From the NCBI GenBank assembly GCA_965215185.1, contig OZ244034.1, positions 992,001 through 1,056,000 on the forward strand: a stretch of 64,000 bases of DNA, written 5' to 3'. Below are positions 9,697-16,943 of this stretch, piece after piece (the first letter of the stretch is position 1; every line of letters starts with the position of its first letter). The DNA comes from Acidimicrobiia bacterium (lineage in GTDB: Bacteria > Actinomycetota > Acidimicrobiia > Spongiisociales > ZC4RG35). Under the pieces are notes generated by a model. That model did not search any database. It saw only the letters and a list, made by a program, of their open reading frames with translations, and had not been told where the DNA came from. Position numbers and translations under genes: made by a program.

Positions 9697-10698
9697 ATGT
9701 CCGAGTGCAGGTTCGCGGTGGCTCTGCCGAGCAATCACATTAGGGAAGCCATTCCATTGGCCAAGTTGGCGGACGCCGAGTCTGTCGACTCGCTCTGGAC
9801 CATCGAAACGCGGCTGACAGGAGATGCGATCACCCCACTTTCGGTGTACGCAGCCAATACAGCCCGGATCCGCGTAGGTACGGCCGGGCTCCCCATTTGG
9901 ACGCGGCATCCCGCGCTGATTGCTCAGACGTTCGCGACACTTCATGCGCTGGCGCCCGGGCGAGTAGTACTCGGTCTGAGCGCTTGGTGGAACCCGTTAG
10001 CGACTCGCGTAGGTCTCAGCCTAAAGAAGCCTGTTACGGCCATGCGCGAGGTTGTCGAATCGATCCGGCTCCTTCTTACTGCAGAGGGTCCTGTAAGTTA
10101 CGCCGGCGAATTCGTTCGGCTACGGGAAGTTCGGCTGGAGAACCGGGTTGATGATACGCACAAGATCCGTATCTACATAGGTGCAGTGGGCCCTGAGCTT
10201 CTGCGTTTGGCTACCCGCGTGGCGGATGGCATCGTGTTGAACGGCGGTCACACTGTGGCGGCAACGCGCCGCGAGGTTGAGGTCATCCGCGAGGAAGCGA
10301 AGAAGGTAGGCCGCCCCTATGACGAGATTGACATTCTTAAGATGCTGCGGATCCGTGTCGATAACAACAAGGAGAGGGCGATTGCAGGACACAAACCGGA
10401 AGTTGCGCGGTACATTGCCGAACAAGCTCACATCGCCCGGTCCTCTGAAGCTGATCCTCGGCTTGTAACCCGTCTAAGATCGATGATGTCCTGGCCTTCA
10501 TCCGAGAGGGAGGCCATCAGGGCGGCTGGCTTGATCCCCGATAGTCTCGTCGAAAGCCTCGGGTGTTACGGTGACCACCAAGAAGTGTGCGCAAGGATCC
10601 GTGAGTACATGGCGGCTGGAATCACGATGCCTCTGCTCGTACCCGATAACATCACGTATATGCGCCGAGCAGTAGACCTGATGTTGGAAGGCTGGTGA
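9697..10698 (+). CDS. LLM-class flavin/F420-dependent oxidoreductase
   Basis: Likely start MSECRFAVALP; TRHPALIAQTFATL, PGRVVLGLS, IYIGAVGP..RVADG; paralogous to 5758-6756. Confidence 0.88.
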   Translation: MSECRFAVALPSNHIREAIPLAKLADAESVDSLWTIETRLTGDAITPLSVYAANTARIRVGTAGLPIWTRHPALIAQTFATLHALAPGRVVLGLSAWWNPLATRVGLSLKKPVTAMREVVESIRLLLTAEGPVSYAGEFVRLREVRLENRVDDTHKIRIYIGAVGPELLRLATRVADGIVLNGGHTVAATRREVEVIREEAKKVGRPYDEIDILKMLRIRVDNNKERAIAGHKPEVARYIAEQAHIARSSEADPRLVTRLRSMMSWPSSEREAIRAAGLIPDSLVESLGCYGDHQEVCARIREYMAAGITMPLLVPDNITYMRRAVDLMLEGW

Positions 10699-10780
10699 GA
10701 TGATGTATTCACGCTGCGCACCGCGCCGGAATAGTACGGTCGACTAGCCATCCACGGACGCCGTACCGAAGAGCACTGCT

Positions 10781-11737
10781 GTGCTTGAAGTCACCAACCT
10801 TCAGGTCCATTTCACAACGAGGCAGGGAACCGGGCGAGCTGTCGACGGTGTTTCCTTTAACTTGGAGCGAGGCGAGACGTTGGGGTTGGTCGGCGAGTCG
10901 GGATGCGGTAAGAGCATCACCGCCCTCTCGATCATCGGGCTACATCCGAGGCCTGCCTCAAGGGTTGTTTACGGTGAGATAGAACTGGATGGGGAGTCCA
11001 TTCTCGCGCTTTCGAAGCGGGAGATGCGTAAGGTTCGAGGAGAACGAATTTCGATGATTCTCCAGGATCCCTTGACGTCGCTGAATCCCGTTCTCACGAT
11101 TGGCAAGCAGGTGGGCGAGCCGCTGCGGCTCCATCGCAACATGGACAGGTCGGCGTCGCGCAATCGGGTGATCGAGTTGCTCCGTCAGTTACACATCCCC
11201 GGACCCGAGTCGAAGCTCGATGATCACCCCCACCAGTTCAGCGGTGGAATGCGTCAGAGAGTGGTGGGTGCGATCGCGTTGGCCGCAGACCCTGATCTGC
11301 TCATTGCGGACGAACCAACCACCGCGCTGGATGTTACGCTCCAGGCTGCCTTTCTCGCTCACCTAAAAGCAATACAGAGAGCGCGAGGTCTTGCGATTCT
11401 GTTCATCACTCATGACTTCAGCATCATCGCCAAGATGTGTGATAGGGTGGCTGTCATGTACGCAGGAAAGATCGTTGAGACTGGACCCACGGCTGAGCTG
11501 CTCTCCTCTCCAGAACACCCTTACACGCAAGCGCTCCTTGAATCCGTTCCGTCTGTCGACCGGGGCAGAAAGCGGCTCAACTCCATCGGGGGGAGTCCAC
11601 CGTCTATCTATGATCTGCCGAAGGGATGCACGTTTGAACCGCGATGCTCCTACGCCATGGACCGCTGCCGAGAGTCCTATCCTCTTCAATTCGACATCGC
11701 CGACGATCACTCAGTGAGTTGTTGGCTGCTGGAATGA
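10781..11737 (+). CDS. Oligopeptide/dipeptide ABC ATPase (DppD/OppD-like)
   Basis: [36 protein letters not shown]. Confidence 0.93.
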   Translation: MLEVTNLQVHFTTRQGTGRAVDGVSFNLERGETLGLVGESGCGKSITALSIIGLHPRPASRVVYGEIELDGESILALSKREMRKVRGERISMILQDPLTSLNPVLTIGKQVGEPLRLHRNMDRSASRNRVIELLRQLHIPGPESKLDDHPHQFSGGMRQRVVGAIALAADPDLLIADEPTTALDVTLQAAFLAHLKAIQRARGLAILFITHDFSIIAKMCDRVAVMYAGKIVETGPTAELLSSPEHPYTQALLESVPSVDRGRKRLNSIGGSPPSIYDLPKGCTFEPRCSYAMDRCRESYPLQFDIADDHSVSCWLLE

Positions 11738-12753
11738 ACCCCCCCGACCCCATCATCGGCGTTAGAGAACTCAAAAAACACTTTCCAATTGGTAGTGGAA
11801 CTCTGTCGCCGCGGAAGGAGAGGAAGTTTGTGCGTGCTGTAGATGGTGTGACGTTCAACCTCTATGCACAAGAAACCTTGAGCCTGGTTGGCGAATCCGG
11901 ATCAGGAAAGACGACCACTGCTCGCATGATCCTCCGACTCATCGCCCCTACGTCCGGCCGTGTCGTCTTCGAGGGGGAAGACGTGGCGAAGTTACGGGGC
12001 ACCAAGCTAAGACACTATCGAGCATCGGTTCAGGCGGTGTTCCAGGACCCCTGGAGTTCTCTCAATCCCCGCAAGCGAGCTGAATCGATCATCGCTGAAC
12101 CGATAGTCATCAACCAACCGTTGCCAAAGGCGGAGCTTCAGGTTCGTGTTGAGGAGCTTCTTGCGGCCGTAGGGCTCGGTCCCACTGTCATGAGGCATTA
12201 CCCGCATGAGTTCAGTGGTGGAATGCGTCAGCGCATTGCGGTTGCCCGTGCACTCGCGCTCAATCCATCCGTTATCATCCTCGACGAGCCCGTCTCAGCA
12301 CTCGATGTCTCGATCCGGGCGCAGATCATGAACCTCCTCCGTGATCTCCAAGAGAGCTTCCATATATCGTATCTACTCATCGCTCACGACCTCGCGACCG
12401 TCCGCTATCTGAGCGACAGAGTGGCTGTGATGTATCTCGGACGACTTGTAGAGGTGGCTCCTTCAGAAGAGCTATTCGAGAACCCGCTGCATCCTTATAC
12501 CCAGGCGCTAATTGCTAGCTCACGATCGACGACAATGGTAGATGAAGAAGCAGCACGTCTTCTGGCTTCCGACATCCCGTCGCCTGTTAAGCCCCCTTCC
12601 GGCTGTGCCTTCTATGCCCGCTGTCCGGTCTCGGTAGCAGCAAGAAGCGACGACCCAATCTTCTACAAAAGAACCGTAACCGAGAGACCAGAGCTCATCG
12701 AAGTCCGGCCTGGTCACCTGGTAGCCTGTCATCAATTCGATCCCAAGGATTGA
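11734..12753 (+). CDS. Oligopeptide/dipeptide ABC ATPase (DppF/OppF-like)
   Basis: Start MNPPDP overlaps the upstream stop; [43 protein letters not shown]. Confidence 0.93.
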   Translation: MNPPDPIIGVRELKKHFPIGSGTLSPRKERKFVRAVDGVTFNLYAQETLSLVGESGSGKTTTARMILRLIAPTSGRVVFEGEDVAKLRGTKLRHYRASVQAVFQDPWSSLNPRKRAESIIAEPIVINQPLPKAELQVRVEELLAAVGLGPTVMRHYPHEFSGGMRQRIAVARALALNPSVIILDEPVSALDVSIRAQIMNLLRDLQESFHISYLLIAHDLATVRYLSDRVAVMYLGRLVEVAPSEELFENPLHPYTQALIASSRSTTMVDEEAARLLASDIPSPVKPPSGCAFYARCPVSVAARSDDPIFYKRTVTERPELIEVRPGHLVACHQFDPKD

Positions 12754-13337
12754 GAGGATGTCGGTGGAAGAGGTTCTTTTTGACTTGTGTACTCACTGTT
12801 CAGCAGTCGGTATCCTCAGAAGTTCTGGCCGCTACGTTGAGTGACGATCGTAGGCCCGTTAGGAATAGACGACCGACAACGACTACTACCAGATGCGGAG
12901 TCTACGTTCAGGGGTCACGACACTCATGTCTGTGGAGCCAAGTCCGCCAGGGGAGCGAGGGCATCAATATCAGGCACTACGTCGACTATTACGGGTCCGG
13001 TTCAACTCAAACGCTCTTTCCAATGCTGGGCCGATTGTACCGGGCTACTCGACACGAATACCTACGGCGCCTATATCACCCGCGAGGCGAGCGAAATCGA
13101 CGTCTGAGGATACTCAGAGCTCCTTCGCTTGCTCCGTCTGTGTGCCATAGTATGCGCGGTCGAAACCACGCTTTGATTGATTACCAGAGCGATTAGTGTT
13201 GACCACCGTTACTGTGTCAATACCCGATCCGACAGCGCTCCTCGAACGAAACTCGCTGTGCCATAATAAAACCCACCTCCACCGTGTGGTCGCTTGTACT
13301 TCACGACCAATAATGGCCGATCACGAACGACCACCGG

Positions 13338-13643
13338 TGGAGCTACCCGGGTTTGGTGGTACCCCACTTTGGTGGAGTCGGGTTATTTGAATTGGTGGTG
13401 TGACTGACCCGAAAGGAGTCTTCATGCCTTATCGATATCCACCCGAGTTCCGTCGCAGGGTGCTCGACCTGTTGGCAGTTGGTAGGTCGGTAGCGTCGTT
13501 GTCAGCGGATCTGGGGGTGTCTGATCAGACGATCTACAACTGGCGGCGCCAAGACCGAATCGACCGCGGTCTACAACCCGGTGCCACTTCGGAGGAACAG
13601 GCCGAACTGTGGGCCGCTCGCCGTCGGATCGTCGAGCTGGAAA
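13338..13643 (+). mobile_element. IS3-family left end and orfA, interrupted by IS110
   Basis: IR-like ggagctacccgggtttggtgg; orfA from 13424 MPYRYPPEFRRRVLDLLAVGRSVASLSADLGVSDQTIYNWRRQ (HTH) breaks at ..ELET; homologous to the copy at 8842-9440. Confidence 0.85.
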
Positions 13644-14865
13644 CCACTCATACTTGTAAAGGCCTCTAGGCCGGGGCGGGTCTGACCCTTACGAAACCTG
13701 GCCTTGTGTCTTTAGTTCGATCTGTCGGCCTGCTTTCCGGCCTGGAGGCGCAGCATTCCTGACTGGGACGGGATGTGACCTGATAGGAGCCTTGCTTCTC
13801 CACCACCGTGAGTGGCCTGCCCACCCGCCCCGGGTCAGGGAATACCAGGCGATTCTATCCCCAAAAGGAGAAAAGGGATCATGTCAGAAGATCGTAAGGT
13901 TGACATTTGTGGTGGGGTTGATACCCATCGTGATGTTCATGTGGCTGTGGTTGGTTGACACCGCCGGGCGGGTCTTGGGCTCGGCGCCGTTCACAGCCGA
14001 CTATGAGAAACTGGGCGACTGGTTACAGTCCCACGGCAGCGTGGTCCGAGTTGGGGTGGAGGGCACCGGTAGCTACGGCGCTGGCCTGGCCCGCCACCTA
14101 ACCAGAGCCTGTGTCAAGGTGGTGGAGGTGAACCGTCCCAACCGGCAGCTGCGCCGCTTCAGGGGCAAAACCGACATCGTGGACGCTGAGAACGCCGCCC
14201 GGGCTGCTCTCAGTGGGCAGGCCACCGCCCAACCCAAAAGCGGTGACAGACCAGTCGAGGCGATCAGAATGCTGGGGGTGGTCCGTCGTTCGGCGATCAA
14301 AGCCCGCACCCAGACCATCAACCAACTACACGCCCTGGTAGTGACCGCTCCCGAGCAGGTCAAACACCAACTCGGGGAGCTAACCCCCAAAGACCGCGTC
14401 AAAGTCTGTGCCGCTTTTCGTCCCCGCCCAGATGACACCACCATCGCCTATGCCAAACAAGCGCTACGCATCCTGGCCCGCCGATATCAGACGCTCACCA
14501 CCGAAATCACAGAACTCGACACCCACATCAACCGTCTCTGCGTCCGAGCCAACCCGGCACTGTTAGCCACCCCAGGGATCGGCGCGGACACTGCCGCCAC
14601 CCTACTGATCGCAGCCGGTGACAACCCCCACCGCCTGCACTCAGAAGCGTCCTTCGCCGCCCTGTGCGGCGCCAGTCCCGTCCAGGCGTCCTCGGACAAA
14701 CCATACGGCACCGGCTCAACCGCGGCGGGAACCGCCAAGCCAACAACGCTTTGTGGCGCATCGCCATCACCCGCATGAGCTACGACCAGACCACCATCGC
14801 CTACGTCCAAAAACGCCAAACGGAAGGCAAAACCCGCCGGGAGATCATCCGCTGCCTGAAACGCA
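13644..14865 (+). mobile_element. IS110-family element with frameshifted DEDD recombinase, 3'-truncated
   Basis: ATG 13881 MSEDRKVDICGGVDTH, then in other frames GVEGTGSYGAGL, GKTDIVDA, GIGADTAA, SEASFAALCGASPVQASS and HRLNRGGNRQANNALWRI..REIIRCLKR; at least two frameshifts. Confidence 0.9.
13665..13845 (+). ncRNA. Candidate IS110 bridge RNA in the 5' non-coding end
   Basis: Lies in the ~235 bp non-coding leader; contains segments matching the element end and the insertion flank (see findings); ccggggcgggt pairs with acccgccccgg. Boundaries approximate. Confidence 0.6.
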
Positions 14866-14945
14866 CTCAACCGTTGCTGTACTGCCCCGACCAGCCCGTC
14901 AGCCGAGCGCAAATGGCCTCGTTCATAATCAGATCCCTTCCCTAA
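14866..14945 (+). pseudogene. C-terminal SLH-domain remnant fused to the truncated IS110
   Basis: QPLLYCPDQPVSRAQMASFIIRSLP* matches the SLH-type motif (FCP...TRGQMA) seen in the 16944-19820 protein. Confidence 0.6.
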
Positions 14946-15258
14946 ACATCAAAATGCCCCCTACCCGAGTAAGGGCATTCGCACACGGAAACCGATGCCC
15001 TAACCGATCTCGCCTTTCGAGTATGGACAAAACTGGCACCCGATACACATCACCAGCACCGGCAGAGCACCATTCTCTATGGGTTCTACGCGGGCGAAAA
15101 CAGCCTGCCCTCCTGTCCCTTCTGCGAAAACACCTGCCAAATACAACCCGGGAATGCTGGCAGGGACTAGCCAAACACCGGGTCAGAAGCCACCTAGTGA
15201 TAGGCCTGACCAAACACGGCGTCGGCATTAGACGAAAAGTCCTGATCGTCCTAATGGG

Positions 15259-15705
15259 ATGAAGTCTCTGAGCTGGGGTTTCGCTGCTTTGCTATCTGCT
15301 GTGGGCAGAAAGCTCGCCTTTGGACATATCTCTTCTAGATACGACACAACGCGGGTACCTCGGGCTACTCTGGGGGCCCCTTGGTGGCGGAAGCGTGGCG
15401 GCGGGACAATGTTCACCCTCGCAAGGAAACTGATAAGTATGAACACTGAAAACACGATCGACACAATCGCTGTGGGGGAATGTCTCCGTGTTGATTGTCC
15501 TCAATGCGCGGCGTTGGACGCGCTTCAAGAAGCGTATGTAGAACTGGCAAAGGTGGGCACCCTCGAGGAAGTTGCCGACTGGGCCTGGCAGAAGACCGAA
15601 ACCTTTGAAATTGTCGCGTTGGCAGCAACAGCCCAGAGTGTCAAAGAACCTGGCAGCCGGTGTGCCGCAGGTCTCCAGGAGGACACATCAAGAATCCATC
15701 CCTAA
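15259..15705 (+). CDS. Hypothetical protein; start uncertain, possibly MNTENT
   Basis: Open frame with a CxxC (DCPQC); no family recognised. Confidence 0.25.
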   Translation: MKSLSWGFAALLSAVGRKLAFGHISSRYDTTRVPRATLGAPWWRKRGGGTMFTLARKLISMNTENTIDTIAVGECLRVDCPQCAALDALQEAYVELAKVGTLEEVADWAWQKTETFEIVALAATAQSVKEPGSRCAAGLQEDTSRIHP

Positions 15706-15785
15706 ACAGAACCAAGCCACCCCTTCACTGTTACCCGATCCCCCGTCATGGTCGTAGGGGCTTCTCTTGAAATGAAACGCCCGCA

Positions 15786-15960
15786 GTGTTAGACCACAGT
15801 GTGTTGCCCTCCTATCAGGGTGACAACCTGGTAAATCTGGTGGCTGAGTTGGAGATTCCTCTCACTGGGCAATCTGCCACCACAGGGCGCAGTTCGGAGT
15901 TGGCTGGTCTGATACCGGACAAACGCAACTATGTAATGGTCGTTTTCGATGGCCTGTCAA
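15786..15960 (+). pseudogene. Alkaline phosphatase / nucleotide pyrophosphatase family N-terminal fragment
   Basis: LPSYQGDNLVNL...NYVMVVFDGL resembles the family N-terminus up to the first metal-ligand Asp; similarity then stops. Confidence 0.5.
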
Positions 15961-16130
15961 CTGTCTGGCCATCTGTCAATCTGAGGATTCGATGTCCCGA
16001 AACAGGGATATCGTCTGTTTTAATACCGGAAAGGTGGTCTACGACTGCGAACTCTTCCTTTGTTGGTTAGACCGACGTTGACTGGTCTTCTATTACGTGA
16101 ATATGACGCTACCCTATTCTTTGGTATGCC

Positions 16131-16769
16131 TTGGAGTCCGAGTTCTGCCAGTGTGGGGGATCCCGGGTGAAACCTCGCCAACCCGCGTTGCCCGGTGCTT
16201 TCAAAGGCATATGGGCGATAGTTGCCGGTCCCTCTCGGGTTGCGGCGCTGTGTCTGGCTGGAGCGTTGGTCGTGTTTTTGGGTTTCCCAGCTTATGCCCA
16301 GAGCGGCGTAGAGACGTTGGCTCCTTCTAACCTCAACGCGGCGATAGTGGATGGTGGGGTCGTTTTGAGTTGGTCGTCTCCGGTCCAGGACGCCGCTTCC
16401 GTGACGGGCTATGAGATTCTGCGGCGGCGTCCAAGGGAGGGGGAGGGCACCATGCTGGTTCTGGTGGCGGACACCGGTTCCACCACTACCACCTATTTGG
16501 ATGCCACGGCGAACCAGCCGGGGGTCCGGTACAAGTACCGGGTCAGGGCGCTTCGTGGCAGCGTGAAAAGTGCGAGGTCCAACTACGCCCGCGTTGACCT
16601 GCCCGAGGATGATGATAGGTCTATCAGATCTGACGGCAGGGCGGTTGACGGGTTGGGCGAGGTTACGGCCGCGGGGAACGGGACTTGTCCGGGAGGGGGG
16701 TTTGACCCGGTGGCGACTGCGGTGACGATCGACAGCGTTCCGGTGGTGGTGCGGTCCAACTCGCGTTGA
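16131..16769 (+). CDS. Signal peptide plus fibronectin type III domain; probable N-terminal part of the downstream surface dikinase-like gene
   Basis: Hydrophobic leader ending AYA-Q; APSNLNA, VLSWSSP, VTGYEILRR, TTYLDAT, YKYRVRA; the frame ends inside a tandem duplication. Confidence 0.75.
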   Translation: MESEFCQCGGSRVKPRQPALPGAFKGIWAIVAGPSRVAALCLAGALVVFLGFPAYAQSGVETLAPSNLNAAIVDGGVVLSWSSPVQDAASVTGYEILRRRPREGEGTMLVLVADTGSTTTTYLDATANQPGVRYKYRVRALRGSVKSARSNYARVDLPEDDDRSIRSDGRAVDGLGEVTAAGNGTCPGGGFDPVATAVTIDSVPVVVRSNSR

Positions 16770-16895
16770 CCTGCCCGAGGATGATGAGGTCTATCAGATC
16801 TCGTTGACGGGTTGGGCGAGGTTACGGCCGCGGGGAACGGGACGCTGACCCGGTGGCGACTGCGGTGACGATCGACAGCGTTCCGGTGGTGGTCG
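16590..16895. repeat. Imperfect tandem duplication (about 170 bp plus a deleted second copy)
   Basis: cgcgttgacctgcccgaggatgatga...gacagcgttccggtggtggt occurs twice; the second copy has several short deletions; ggtccaact microhomology at the junction. Confidence 0.85.
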
Positions 16896-16943
16896 GGTCC
16901 GGTTGGAGTATTTCGTGTTGTATGCGCCTCGGATGCTGATGCG

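Noticed and set aside
9478-10698. 406-aa ORF as a transposase-LLM fusion protein
   Set aside because: The first 73 codons are ISL3 debris that happens to be in frame; the paralog at 5758-6756 indicates a start at 9697.
6794-12753. ABC system apparently lacking permeases
   Set aside because: A DppB-like gene starts at 202 on the minus strand and continues beyond the window edge.
12750-13330. Overlapping 64-148 aa ORFs after the ATPase
   Set aside because: No recognisable motifs or clear RBS; probably decayed or non-coding sequence.
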